A stretch of 64,000 nucleotides of DNA from the human T2T-CHM13v2.0 reference genome, Homo sapiens. The stretch lies in assembly GCF_009914755.1 (NCBI RefSeq), contig NC_060926.1; one strand, written 5' to 3'. The position numbers were made by a program, and so were the translations under genes. Position 1 is the stretch's first letter; each line of letters begins with the position of its first letter. Shown here piece by piece: positions 38,508 to 50,395 of the stretch. The notes beneath the pieces were generated by a model that saw only the letters and a list, made by a program, of their open reading frames with translations, made no database searches and was not told the origin of the DNA.

Positions 38508-39110
38508 CTTAAAAGAAATTTTATGAACATTTTGAAAAGTGGCATGTGATGAGCAGAACACCACCCATATACCAATAAATAAATATCACAAAACATTGAC
38601 TTATTTTTAAAAGATATTAGCAACCTAAATGGTAATAATAAATGTGGAGTAGGAACCCTAGAGGTGTAAAGGATATTACTTAGAAATCCTATAAGCAAAT
38701 GTAATACCAATTATGCAAAATATTATCACACTCTTCAGGAATAGTAAATTAAAGATTTTTCTTAAAAAATGAACACTTTCACCAGAGAAATAGATTCCCC
38801 CCATATTAATATTAAAAACAAAATTAAGGATTGAAATCTAGGAGAAACTATTATAGTAGGGCCTGGTCAGAAAAAAATTCAATCGCCAATAACAAAATAG
38901 TAATCTCTCATTCTTAGTTGTATTGCAGATGTTGTAGAAAAATTTAGGGTAAAAAAAGGACACATAGATTCAGGTGCCAGGAATAATTAATCTTCACTTT
39001 ATCATGGATACGATATAAGAAAAGCATACTGGTGAATCTTAGATTTAGCTACTGAGAAAGATTTGGAACACCAGGAATTTTAAATGTTCAATCCTTAAAA
39101 GCGGTTATAC

Positions 39111-39206
39111 CTCTAGGTGGTGCCACCTCTTCAACTTCCTCTATGCTAGGTGGTTCTTCTGGGATTTCTTCTTCTGAAATAGGCTCTTCTTCAGGCTCCT
39201 CAGTCA
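39111..39206 (-). CDS. TTN: Exon 151 VTEEPEEEPISEEEIPEEPPSIEEVEEVAPPR
   Basis: 96 nt, AG/GT. Confidence 0.94.
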
Positions 39207-39835
39207 CTTTAAAAAGATTATTATTTTGTAAATTATTTTTATAATTATTTTGAATATTAGACTACAGTGATAATATCTGAAAACTGCTCAGCCTTCGAAA
39301 CGCTTGTGTAAACTCACTAGTCCTTAAAAAATCTCTACTGGGTCTTCAAAATATGTTAGGCATATCCCAGCATTTGTGAACTGGAAAGGACTTCAGATAA
39401 TTTATAATAATAAAAAAATTATTATTGTTTTTTTTTTAATGAAAGACTTGTTTGAAGTCAAACAGCCACTTGGGGTAGAAATCAGATTTTCTGCACCAGT
39501 TACTCAGGCTTAACTGGAATTTCTCTTGGATAAGCTTATTTTACAGTTGCCTACTAAGTCATTTGATGAAAAATTTCCCACAGCAAATACAGTTTCCCTT
39601 CATGAATTCTAATTAAAATAAAACAAATAGCAAACAGACAAACAGGCTGAACATGCAAAGAGATTCAAATAATATTAATTTGCCTGCCCAATTTCTATTA
39701 GGTTAATAATAATTTATTTTAGAATCTGAATATGTTGATTTCCTGGGGTAAATTTTACATTTACCTACTTCAAATATTAGACAATAATAAGACAAGGATG
39801 ACTTTGAAATGTTATTTTCTTAGAAAGTTATCTAC

Positions 39836-39910
39836 CTTCAACTGGTAGAACTTCCTCTTCTTTAGGGAGAATGATTCGTTTTTCTTCCACCTTCTTAGGC
39901 ACCTCAGGAA
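39836..39910 (-). CDS. TTN: Exon 150 VPEVPKKVEEKRIILPKEEEVLPVE
   Basis: 75 nt, AG/GT. Confidence 0.94.
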
Positions 39911-40117
39911 CTTGAGAGACATTGATTATTTTAGACACTTAAAATGCAAGAACCAAAGAAGAATAAAGACCACGTTTCCAGTTTCCAACATAAGAGAGTA
40001 AATATCACAAGGCACATACACAAGATGAAACATTGACATTTCACAGAATCGGTTAATGAGAAAAGAATAAAAAGGTTTGTGGTTTAAGATTTAGGGTTTA
40101 TTAAAGAGAAATTCTAC

Positions 40118-40232
40118 TTTTTACTGCTGGAGCCTCTATTTCTTTTTTCTTTTGTCTTTTTTTTTTTTGTAGGAAGAAATGGGTATGAAGAAATGGGTAT
40201 TTCAGGGACTAGTTCCTTAGTTATTTTTGGCT
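40118..40232 (-). pseudogene. PEVK pseudoexon EPKITKELVPEIPIS...EIEAPAVK broken by a 14-bp duplication and an A-run
   Basis: 115 nt, atatctttaaag acceptor, AAA|gtagaa donor, tandem ATACCCATTTCTTC. Confidence 0.75.
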
Positions 40233-40467
40233 CTTTAAAGATATATTTTTATTTTTTAGAAACAACATACATAGAGAAACGATGTAAAGCACACCAACAC
40301 CAAGTGAAAAAATGGACACAACACAAACTTGGGTGCAAAAGAGTCAGAAATGACGAATGTGAATGACAGACCATACAATGCACACATTTATGTTGAGTGT
40401 CCTGTGTGGATAGAACCACAGTTCAACATCGGTGCAGCAAACATATCCCTGTTATGGGATGATGTAC

Positions 40468-40551
40468 CTTTGGCAGGAGGGGCCACTGCTTTCTTAAGAC
40501 CAGGAGGAGGGACCTTCTTTTCTGGCTCAGGTTTCTTAGGTACCACAGACA
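40468..40551 (-). CDS. TTN: Exon 149 VSVVPKKPEPEKKVPPPGLKKAVAPPAK
   Basis: 84 nt, AG/GT. Confidence 0.92.
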
Positions 40552-40717
40552 CTTTAAAAATATTATTTTATTTTATAAGTTCAGTTTCACACACACAAAG
40601 ACAAGTAGACACAGCAGTAATATAAGTTGTATTAACAAATACGGAAACAGGACATTTTGACTTTTATAGGAGAAGGAAGGAAATGGCATAGTCTAATTTA
40701 CTTCGGAATAGCAATAC

Positions 40718-40792
40718 CTTTGGCAGGGGGAGCCTCCTCTTTCTTGGGAATGACCACTTTCTTCTCTGTCACTTTCTTCTTAATTTCAGGCA
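40718..40792 (-). CDS. TTN: Exon 148 VPEIKKKVTEKKVVIPKKEEAPPAK
   Basis: 75 nt, AG/GT. Confidence 0.94.
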
Positions 40793-41000
40793 CTTTAAAG
40801 ACATCATTTCATGATAAGGATTTATTTTGAAGGACAAAAAAAGAGAAACCAAGAAGACCCCACACCCAGAAAGACCAATGTGTTAACAGTCGCTCAAGAC
40901 AGGTCTGTCATGTTAGTTGGGAGCCCAGATATTATAATGTAATTGGGATTTGTAAAGCAAGGGACCAGCAGCATATGTCATTATCAGAGGACAGATGCTA

Positions 41001-41079
41001 TTAGGGTGGTGCAAAAATAATTGCGGTTTTGACATTACTTTTAATGCTAAAAACCGCAATTACTTTTGCACCAACCTAA
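41001..41079. mobile_element. MADE1 (Hsmar1-derived MITE)
   Basis: 79-bp near-palindrome ttagggtggtgcaaaaataattgcggtttt...aaaaccgcaattacttttgcaccaacctaa with TA TSDs at 40999-41000 and 41080-41081. Confidence 0.95.
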
Positions 41080-41364
41080 TATCATTTCATACATTTAAAT
41101 TTCACTAGTAATTTATTGTCTAGAAAGTATTTCTGAATCGTTGATATCCAATAAAAGATCAGCTTTACTATTTCATTTGATTATATAACTATATGGCCTG
41201 ATGCGAGGGTTATGCTGATTTTAAGCAGCCATGCCAGCATCTTTTGTAGAAAATATTATTGAGCTTTAAAGCACAAATATATTAATTCTGTCCTGTACTA
41301 TGAGCTGATTGAATATGTTAAATCTGGATACTATTCATTCAATGATAGACTACTTTAATACCTT

Positions 41365-41520
41365 ACTTTATTTAATTCTCACCATAATAGCTGAGCCCAT
41401 TAAGACTGATATTAGCATCCCCAATTTACAGGAAAATAACTTCAGGCTCAGGTTGGTTAAAGGACTCGCTGAGAGTAATACAACAAGGTGTAAAGTCAAC
41501 GCTAAAATCAAAACCTGTTG
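41365..41520 (-). mobile_element. Degenerate MIR SINE
   Basis: catccccaatttacaggaaaataacttcaggctcaggttggttaaaggactcgc resembles the MIR core; boundaries approximate. Confidence 0.6.
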
Positions 41521-41997
41521 GGCTGCCCTTTATATATATGTATTAGAAGACATAACTATTATTCTGTGTTTTGATAAATACATTCATCTTTTTTTCTTTT
41601 TAGCCTGGTGTTAAAAAGGCATTTAATATAAATGGTTGAAGGAAGAAATTTAAGAATATTTATTCATAATAGTTTTCAATACATTTAAATATATAGTATA
41701 CTTATTCATATATATTTAAATATATCTCCATGAAAACTATGATGTTTAATCAAATGATATGAAATCAGAACTTTTGTATCAGTTCTGGGACAATGCTTCC
41801 TTTCATCTTTGTTCTTGAATACTGCTTTGTATCAGTGAAAAAAGTAGATATCAGTGTTCCTGAACATCGTTAGAAGTAAATATGTAACTGTGTGATTATC
41901 CATTTTGTAAATATAATTTTCCTAAAACCCAGTTTCATCATAATTTATGTGACCAAGCTATGGGTGAAGAATGTGTATTCACTTTGGGGAGGTGTAC

Positions 41998-42084
41998 CTT
42001 TGGGTGGTGGTGGAGGTTCCACTTTTTTAGGGGCGGGAACAGGGACTTTCTTCTCTGGTACAGGTTTCTTTGGCACTTCAGGCA
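41998..42084 (-). CDS. TTN: Exon 147 VPEVPKKPVPEKKVPVPAPKKVEPPPPPK
   Basis: 87 nt, AG/GT. Confidence 0.93.
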
Positions 42085-42132
42085 CTTAAAAACATTTCAT
42101 TTGAAGGCATTAAAAACCACATATACATGGTC

Positions 42133-42158
42133 ATATATATATATATATATATATATAT
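42133..42158. repeat. (TA)n microsatellite
   Basis: Perfect dinucleotide run. Confidence 0.93.
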
Positions 42159-42417
42159 GAAAGAGACACGTGAGGATAAGACCACAAACATGTAAACATA
42201 ATATGTGATTTGAAAAGACATTTAGATAATTTACAATAGACAGATACACAAGGCAGATACACAATAAGAACACACATGTCTGGAATGTTTTCTAAGATTT
42301 AGGTGGTCAATCACAGAGGGTAAAGGATTATAGATAAAACTGGAGATGAACAAAAGGATGGGAAAGCAGAATTCAACACAAAAGAGGCCTTGATGATTCC
42401 AAGAAGAGCTGCTATAC

Positions 42418-42714
42418 CTGGTGCAGGTACTGGCACCTTAGGTTTAACTTCTGGAAGGACTTCTTCTTCAGGTACAAATTCTTCTTCCTCAGGTACATAT
42501 TCTTCTTCGGGAGGAACTTCCTCTTCCTCAGGTGGAATTTCCTCTTCTTCAGGTAGAACTTCCTCTTCTTCAGGTAGAACTTCCTCTTCCTCAGGTAGAA
42601 CTTCCTCTTCCTCAGGTAGAACTTCCTCTTCAGGAACAATTTCTTCTTCAAATAGAACTTCCTCTTCCTGAGGTAGAGCTACAGGAACTGGAACTGGTTC
42701 ACGTTTCTTTGGCA
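42418..42714 (-). CDS. TTN: Exon 146, polyE-type with (PEEEEVL)n repeats
   Basis: 297 nt, AG/GT, internal 21-bp repeats. Confidence 0.95.
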
Positions 42715-42921
42715 CTTTAAAGATATTTATTCAAGGGTACAAACATCACTTTTATGTAAAATATTCACAACAATGAAGAAGCTTATGAAAGGCAAATATT
42801 CTGTGATCACAAAGCATCAATTATTATCAACATAAATACTAAGCATTAATTATAATTAGTAAGGCTGTATAACACCAGTTAGTTTTGTCTTTTACCATGG
42901 CTCTGTTACAGATTAATGTAC

Positions 42922-43005
42922 CTTTGGGTGGTGGTGCTTCCACTTTTTTCGGAACAGGTGTTGGTTTCTTTTCTTCTGGGATGAGCTTCTTGGGCACCTC
43001 TGGCA
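42922..43005 (-). CDS. TTN: Exon 145 VPEVPKKLIPEEKKPTPVPKKVEAPPPK
   Basis: 84 nt, AG/GT. Confidence 0.94.
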
Positions 43006-43210
43006 CTTTAAAGATATTATTTATATTTAGGAATATGTTCTTTTAAAATGTCTTAGAGCAATAGATATGAAAAAGAATCACAAAATATCTGACATATTTC
43101 TAACCAGATAGACACTTTAAAAATGTACAATGTAATGGGGAAATTTGTATGTGAGTATACATAGATGTGAGTTTTTTCCCCCAAGTACTCTAAGTGATGA
43201 AATTATGTAC

Positions 43211-43294
43211 CTTTTGCAGGTGGAGCCTCCACTTTCTTAGGAGCAGGAACTGGCACCTTCTTCTCAGGCACAGGCTTCTTGGGTACCTCTGGCA
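43211..43294 (-). CDS. TTN: Exon 144 VPEVPKKPVPEKKVPVPAPKKVEAPPAK
   Basis: 84 nt, AG/GT. Confidence 0.94.
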
Positions 43295-43543
43295 CTTTAA
43301 CGAAATGATTTAGAGAAAAATTTTATACGACATAAAAATACTGATTCCAAGCATAGTTTCAAAAGATTAAGATAAGGTAATAAAAGTATGACAAAGGTAT
43401 TCCAAGAAGCATTTTATTTTTAAAATAAAATATTTAATTTTCTCTAAAGAGTTGCATCCCAAAGAGTACAGAATTAAACCAATTAATTTTTACCCATATG
43501 CAAATGTGAAATAAAAATATTGCAACATTGCAAGTTCATGTAC

Positions 43544-43627
43544 CTTTGGCAGGTGGAGCTTCCACCTTTTTAGGAACTGGTACTGGTACTTTCTCCTCTG
43601 GCACAGGTTTCTTGGGCACTTCAGGAA
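43544..43627 (-). CDS. TTN: Exon 143 VPEVPKKPVPEEKVPVPVPKKVEAPPAK
   Basis: 84 nt, AG/GT. Confidence 0.94.
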
Positions 43628-44135
43628 CTTCAAAGATATCAAATAGAGTTAGTGTCACATTTTTTACCCATAGCTAAGATTTTAAGGCTGGCAATGTAAG
43701 GCCTTAACTGAAGCAGCATAGATATTCTATCAATTTCACTTTAAGACTGAAAATTATAATAGCCACAAAACAAAGGCCAGAAAATACACAAAAATTAAAA
43801 TAAAAAACACCGAAAAAAACGTGGACTGGTGATAAAGACAAGACACAATGCCTGGTAAATGATGGTTTTGTCCATTTTGATATGCAAAAGGAATGTATTT
43901 TACTTGAAGAACTTTCCACTAAAGAGGAGGAGCCAACCATTGAGCATAAGCATAATTTGATGGTAAAATTCAGAGATGAATACCGGGTAAACTGCTCCTG
44001 TGGCCAGTTGAGAGGCGCTTGTCATGGCATTAATGTTGTTAATATTGTCATGGGGAAAGATCTGCTATGGCTCACCAAGTTATGCTGCATGGGTGAATTA
44101 TCATGCTATTCCACTGATGGATTATAAGGATGTAC

Positions 44136-44213
44136 CTTTTGCTGGCGGAGGCTTCTCCTTTTTAGGAATAAGCACAGGAACTTTCTCCTCTGGCTTCTTA
44201 GGAACCTCAGGCA
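44136..44213 (-). CDS. TTN: Exon 142 VPEVPKKPEEKVPVLIPKKEKPPPAK
   Basis: 78 nt, AG/GT. Confidence 0.94.
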
Positions 44214-44395
44214 CTTTAAAGATATTGTTTATTGTTAAGTTCTAACTACTAGTAACAACACATCCATATAAAACACAGCTAATGTTTTTTAACAACGGAC
44301 AGTGACACACACACAAGGTTTTGAACTCAGAAGAAAGTTAACTATTTCTAGGCAGATGAAGTCTCTTAGATACCCGTCAATGAATGGTGGTGTAC

Positions 44396-44479
44396 CTTTT
44401 GCCGGTGGAGCTTCCTTCTTCTTGGGAACAGGAACAGGTTTCTTCTCTTCTGGAACAGGTTTCCTGGGTACCTCAGGCA
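44396..44479 (-). CDS. TTN: Exon 141 VPEVPRKPVPEEKKPVPVPKKKEAPPAK
   Basis: 84 nt, AG/GT. Confidence 0.94.
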
Positions 44480-44690
44480 CTTTAAAGATATTATTAAGAA
44501 TGTTGGAAATTTTGCAGGAAAGAAATAAAATGTGAAAAGCACCTGTAGAAATCATATTTCAGCATCTAAAAATATCTGCTTTAAAGTAAGCAATCATTGG
44601 TGCTGCCAATAACCCCCAGAATCTGACCAAATCAGACCCCCAAACTCCAAAGATGCTGTTGCACAGCCCTTTGCAGGAGGCATCATCTAC

Positions 44691-44852
44691 CTTTGACTGG
44701 TATCACTGGCACCACTTCTTCCTCAGTTATGAACTCCTCTTCTTCATGAATGTACTCTTCTTCTTCTTCTACAAGATATTCTTCTACATGGGTTACAACT
44801 TCCTCTTCAAAGGCAACCTCTTCTGGTTCAAGTTCTTTAGGCACTTCTGGCA
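44691..44852 (-). CDS. TTN: Exon 140, polyE-type: VPEVPKELEPEEVAFEEE...VVPVIPVK
   Basis: 162 nt, AG/GT. Confidence 0.94.
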
Positions 44853-45050
44853 CTTTAAAGATATTATCTTTAAGTTGGACATTTGCCAATGACTCAACAA
44901 AATTAAGACACCTTAGAAACACAGGCCCATTTATAACAGAAGAAAGGACAAGATTTACTTTTCCCACAAAAGAAGTTTTCACACACAGAACTGAAGAGGA
45001 ATTCAACAGCAAAAGACGAACAAAACATTAAAATGAGTGCCATTAGGTAC

Positions 45051-45128
45051 CTCTAACAGGTGGTGCTACTTCTTTTCTAGGGACAGGTACTTTTTCTTCT
45101 GCGACAACCCTCTTGGGCTTCATGGGCA
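45051..45128 (-). CDS. TTN: Exon 139 VPMKPKRVVAEEKVPVPRKEVAPPVR
   Basis: 78 nt, AG/GT. Confidence 0.94.
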
Positions 45129-45875
45129 CTTGAAATATGAAGTATAAGGAAATTTTATTGTCAGTAAAAGGCCACCCAGCCAATGCTTGTTTTGCTGTAC
45201 TTTAAGCAGATAGAATAATGTATCTTCCTTTAATGAGATACATATGCGATTGTTCATCTTTAAGAAACTATATACTCTCTGTGGAAAGGATTCTGAGCTT
45301 CATATAAATACAAGTACACAGAAGTACCCAAGTAAACATGAAGTAGCAGAGCCCAAATGTGAAATGAGGTTTAATGTTCAAATATCTCTGCTTGAAAGAA
45401 ATATCCTTCCTGAAAAGTGAAATTTACTTCTCAATTAGTATACTTCATACTTAGTATGAATCAGGGGGAAAATGACTGGAAACTGGTTAGCTTTAAAAAA
45501 AATCTTCAAAATGAATTTAGAATGAATAAACAGTTACCAAAGCTTGGTGAATATTATGGTATCATTACATCATTTAGGTAAATCAGGAATATGCCAAACG
45601 GTCACTGATTTTAAACCCAAACATTCTATTTTATATGTATTGTAGCCATGTGGCAGGACACAGCCACTGGCTAACAGGCTATGGATGTATTTAGAAATAA
45701 TTTTTCCTTTTAAAGGCATTATCTTCTTATCCTGTATTTACACATTTTTACATCCAACATTCTGCTGACAACTAATTTAAAAGACATGAAACAACAAAAT
45801 GAAATGAATCATAGTTACATTAATTTCAAAAGAGGCATCAGAAAAGATCACAATCGAGGAAGGAAATCATTATAC

Positions 45876-45968
45876 CTTTAGCAGCGGGTTCAGTCACCTG
45901 CTCTTTTTCACGTTTGGTAATTGAAATACGTATTTTTTCCTCAAAAACTTTCTTTGGTTCTTCAGGCA
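45876..45968 (-). CDS. TTN: Exon 138 VPEEPKKVFEEKIRISITKREKEQVTEPAAK
   Basis: 93 nt, AG/GT. Confidence 0.94.
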
Positions 45969-46172
45969 CTTTAAAGATATTAATTATTAAAGAGCATTAA
46001 AACCAACTCCTTGAATACTATGTAATAAATACACATAAAAAACTGAAATGTAAGAATCAGGACAAGAACATCCTACTCAGCAAAAACACAGACCATCAGA
46101 CGGGCTAGGAAGACATGATTTTAGAACATACATAACAAAGTTGTTTTTGGTGATTATTACTCAGTAATGTAC

Positions 46173-46247
46173 CTTTGGGTGGTGGAGGTTTGAGTTTCTT
46201 AGGAATGGGCACTGGTACTTTTTCTTCAGGGACAGCTTTCTTCAGCA
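46173..46247 (-). CDS. TTN: Exon 137 VLKKAVPEEKVPVPIPKKLKPPPPK
   Basis: 75 nt, AG/GT. Confidence 0.94.
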
Positions 46248-46457
46248 CTTCAAAATATCAATATTAAGAGATTTTAAAAATTGAAACAGGTTTCTCAAGG
46301 CTAGCAAGAACAAAAAGTTAAGAAAGACAAATACAACATAATATTCCCAAACACACACATAATTTGTACACTGCCACTTTTACATATATTTTTATAGTAG
46401 GACAGACATGGAGGAAACAAAGATCTCTTACAGGTAATAATGTTTTTTTCACTCTAC

Positions 46458-46535
46458 CTTTAGCCGGTGGGGCCTTTGGTTTTGTGGGAACTGGTTCTTC
46501 TGGGACAGGCTTTACAGGGATAGGCTTCTCTGGTT
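46458..46535 (-). CDS. TTN: Exon 136 EPEKPIPVKPVPEEPVPTKPKAPPAK
   Basis: 78 nt, AG/GT. Confidence 0.94.
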
Positions 46536-47493
46536 CTTTAAAAGTACATACAAGGTATTTCATGTTAGACTTAGAATATAAGTTTAAACATTTCTTAAAA
46601 GGAATCAAATAATTGAAATAATATCTTTTATCTACAGTATAGCCATAGCCTATTGAAGTAGGCAAGAATCAGAGATCCAAGCAGAACAAGCTCATATTGC
46701 CCTTTCCTTCTTGCTATTTTCTTTAATTAGGTAATTCTTACATATTAAAATTCTCATTTCATTTCAGGTAGATAAATTCCTGGCTGAAACTCCCCTATAA
46801 TATGGTTTTTTTAAAGCTATCAGTAAGACTATGTAGAATGTTCTCAAAGTTGGGCTATGAAACATCAGAGACTGAATAAGTGAAATAAGATTGATTCATT
46901 TCAAAATTTCAATAGAGATTTATTCTTTGAGTAAAATAAACAATTTGAAGCCCAAACTATATGCCAACAAATTTGACCTTCATTAGGTAAAACACAACAG
47001 CTTGTGTTAGCTTACATCTCTATCTTAACTTTTGAAGCAGTCATTGTCAAGTTTTGATAATGGGAACCCTGTGGGTAAATACATTTTCTCAATAGCCTAT
47101 CATACTCCGTAATAGCAAGTTTTAGAATAAAGGATGTTCAGAAATTTTTAACCATGTACTAGAATGATCACGGGCACTTGAAGATAAACTTGTAACCTTT
47201 TTGAAAAAGAAACTTAGGGACATTTGCTATTTTGCATACGAGCAAAAATGAGGGGGGTATTAGATTATTCCCGGAACAAAAGTCTAACAATAACCTTAAG
47301 ATTTATAGAGGGTTTTTAAAATTTTTTCTAGAAGTTATCAAAGAAGAAAATTCCGCATTTGCGAAATGAAACAAAGTTCTTTCCAAATTTCTTTGGGTAT
47401 CCAAATTTTTATCTTGTTATGATTTATCTTGTTTTATCTTGTTTGAGTGTGCACATATTTAGTGTGGTTTTGAGTTTGCAGTTTTGCTCATAC

Positions 47494-47700
47494 CTGTGAT
47501 GTATTCTTCATGCTCTTCATATCGTTCATACTCCCGCTCCTCGTATTCTTCATATTGGTCATATTCTTCTGTTGGTTCATACTCCTCAAATTCTTTATAA
47601 TCATATTCTTCATATTCCTCATATTCTTCTTCCCGTTGTACTGAAACAGCTTCTTCTTCTAGGGTATAAGCCCTTTCTTTCTCTTCCATTATAGTTACTT
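47494..47700 (-). CDS. TTN: Exon 135, E/Y-rich: EVTIMEEKERAY...EEYEEYEEY...HEEYIT
   Basis: 207 nt, AG/GT. Confidence 0.94.
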
Positions 47701-48007
47701 CTGAAACAATATTAACAACAGGCAGCACTTTACTTTAAAGCACTTTTAAGGATGACTGATAGTAACAATGTGCTTTGATTTTATTCTTTTGCGTTTGTTT
47801 CATGCACTGATTATGGGAGACCCTGACTGTTCTTTTTTGGCCAGTCAAGGTATCATAGAGTATATTTAGCAATTGTGATTTCAAATGTTATATACCCTGC
47901 CCTTAATCAACAATAAGCTAATAAAGTATAGGAGTCAGATTGGGAACTAGAAGGCAAAGAGCCAGATAGTTTCATGCCTCACATTACTTAATCAAAGTTC
48001 AATATAC

Positions 48008-48088
48008 CTTTGATGGGTTGAGGTTCTCTTTTTGGAGCTTCAATTGATACTTTTTCTTCTTTAACCACTCTTTTTCTGAATTCAGTCA
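48008..48088 (-). CDS. TTN: Exon 134 VTEFRKRVVKEEKVSIEAPKREPQPIK
   Basis: 81 nt, AG/GT. Confidence 0.94.
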
Positions 48089-48795
48089 CTTTAAAGGAGT
48101 AATTATTAAAAGTGAATTGCAAGATTCTGAAAATGTGTGTGTGAAGAGAAATTTTGTTCAAACAATTCAAGGACAAAGACAACCATAACAGTGCCTGATT
48201 AAACTTTCATTTAAAAAGCAAGAAAATCAATAGACTTGGAAATAAACTTACTCTAATATACATATGAAGTACGTCAAAGACATTGAATAATTTTAGGAAA
48301 ATCAAGTAGTATTTATAAAAGTTTAAAAAGACAACTAAACAGCATAAATAATGACTATCAAACTAAGTAGAAGCATTAGACAGAAACCTATGTTACATGA
48401 ATAGTTTCTTCACCTCACTTCTAAGACATTTTCCTTAGCTCTATTGGTACAATGTAGAAAATTCAGAATTGAAAAAATTAAAAATTTCATCAGAGATTGC
48501 CACATAAAGCAAGCATCTAGGCAGATGAGTTTAGTATATGGAAAAGACATTAGAAGACAAATACAGATTAAGGAAAATTATTCACATACGTTTAGAAGAA
48601 GCCTCACTTTTTTTTAAGAAAAAAGTACTTTCTGTTATCAAAAATGTTTAGTTTTGAAGTGATATGCATTAACAAACTTATATTGCTTACTTTATACTAT
48701 GTCTTTTTTTTTCTAATGGAACCTATTCCACTAGATTAGTTTTAGTGTCTGGATGCTTATTTTGATTTTTTTTTTTTTTTTAAGAGTCAGTATAC

Positions 48796-48879
48796 CTTTA
48801 GCTGGTGGTTCCTCCTCTCTTTTAGGTTTGAGTTTCAGAACTTTTTCTTCTGGGACAGCTCTCTTCGGTTCCTCTGGCA
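48796..48879 (-). CDS. TTN: Exon 133 VPEEPKRAVPEEKVLKLKPKREEEPPAK
   Basis: 84 nt, AG/GT. Confidence 0.94.
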
Positions 48880-49007
48880 CTTTAAAGAGAGATTTCACTT
48901 TAAAGTATTGTTTCCCTCTTTCAAACCACAAAAAGGCAGCCATAAAGTAGTAGCCCAAACATAAACACTTGACATTTTCATTATTTCAAACATAAAACAA
49001 CAACTGT

Positions 49008-49045
<38 letters not shown>
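49008..49045. repeat. (AAC)n microsatellite with one interruption
   Basis: aacaacaacaacaacatcaacaacaac... Confidence 0.9.
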
Positions 49046-49126
49046 AAACCAGCCCCCATAACCAGTGTATTTGGTAAAGAGAGTAGGGCAAGTACAATAT
49101 TGTGCATAATGGAAGGGCGGATGTAC

Positions 49127-49210
49127 CTCTTGCTTTTGGAGGCGCCTCTTTTTTAGTTACAGCAACAAGAACTTTTTCTTCCTGGGTAATTTGCATGTGC
49201 CTCTCAGTCA
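49127..49210 (-). CDS. TTN: Exon 132 VTERHMQITQEEKVLVAVTKKEAPPKAR
   Basis: 84 nt, AG/GT. Confidence 0.94.
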
Positions 49211-49462
49211 CTTAAAAGATAATTTTAGGATTAGGGAGTTATATCAAAGTGGACGTAAAAAATATACTAGCCAGAAAGTACTGTGATTTTAGAATAGAAG
49301 AATTTACAAGGCACACACACAAAAACATCACAAGTAATACTCTACCCAAAGACACCATTGTCACCCACCAACATATAAACAGTATGACCCAAAGAACAGC
49401 AGCAGAGAGAAAGAAAGACAAGCCATATGTTCCTAGTTTTTCTGCTGGGGAGGTTTGTTTAC

Positions 49463-49546
49463 CTTTGGCTGGGAGAGGTTCTTCCATCTTAATGACTTTT
49501 GGAGGAACCTTTTTTTCTGGAACTGGTTTCTTTGGCTCTTCTGGCA
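49463..49546 (-). CDS. TTN: Exon 131 VPEEPKKPVPEKKVPPKVIKMEEPLPAK
   Basis: 84 nt, AG/GT. Confidence 0.94.
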
Positions 49547-49702
49547 CTTAAAAGATACCAGGCAATACCATCAAACATACGATATGGAAAACACTAAACA
49601 CAGGCACACTTATTTTCTGGTTAATGTTTAAAAAATCTGAAGAATGTATCAATTTAAGATTAAAAAAAGACAGTCTTGAGAATAAAATAAAATCCAATAT
49701 AC

Positions 49703-49786
49703 CTTTAGGTGGGGGCACCTTTTCCTTTTTAGGAACTGGAGCAGGAACTTTCTTTTCTGGCACAATTTTCTTAGGTGCTTCAGGAA
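49703..49786 (-). CDS. TTN: Exon 130 VPEAPKKIVPEKKVPAPVPKKEKVPPPK
   Basis: 84 nt, AG/GT. Confidence 0.94.
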
Positions 49787-50049
49787 CTTTAGAAAGATTA
49801 GGTTTAAGAATATGAGTTTGCCTTACATATGAAGTGACACAGTTGTGGGGCTTAGCATTCACTTTTTGAAAAGATTGCACATATATACAAACGTTAATGA
49901 CTATACTCAGTAAATACGTTCATACATGTGTTCTGACAAAACGTAGACAGTTATGCAAATTGTTATGCATAAGACAGTTATGCAAATGTGAAGGTATTAT
50001 TATATACATTAAAATAAATAGTGTTGCATTTCTTTGAAAGAAATCATAC

Positions 50050-50127
50050 CTTTAGCCGGTGGAGGCTCCTCTATTTTAGCAGGAATTTTTGGTTTCAGTA
50101 CAATTTTCTTCTCCTGCCTCTCTGTCA
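50050..50127 (-). CDS. TTN: Exon 129 VTERQEKKIVLKPKIPAKIEEPPPAK
   Basis: 78 nt, AG/GT. Confidence 0.94.
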
Positions 50128-50314
50128 CTTGAAAAGATTATAAAATATGTTTGTAGAAATGTCTAGATTTCTTTTCGATAAAAGTGTAAGGGATCTTTTT
50201 ATTAGACATGATATTTATCAATATTTGCAATATGGATGACAAATTAGCTATAAGGAAACATAAAGAAGGAGACAAGCTAACATAGGGATAAAACTAATTA
50301 AAGAGTCAGCATAC

Positions 50315-50395
50315 CTTCAGCTGGCTCAGCTTCCACTCTCTTAGAAATAATGTGCAGCTTTTCTTCCACAACATATTCCTCAGGCTCTTCCATCA
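50315..50395 (-). CDS. TTN: Exon 128 VMEEPEEYVVEEKLHIISKRVEAEPAE
   Basis: 81 nt, AG/GT. Confidence 0.94.

Noticed and set aside
38395-38625. Two orphan acceptor-like motifs (taatatctttaac and gctaatatcttttaaa)
   Set aside because: No AG at the expected position and no PEVK-like coding sequence or donor follows.
42390-42720. Plus-strand Ser-rich and ELPLLQV-repeat ORFs
   Set aside because: Antisense shadows of the 21-bp repeat in exon 146.
43850-44130. GC-richer intronic patch with an 81-aa plus-strand ORF
   Set aside because: No recognisable homology or convincing splice sites; read-through from exon 142 stops after four codons. An antisense lncRNA exon cannot be excluded from sequence alone.
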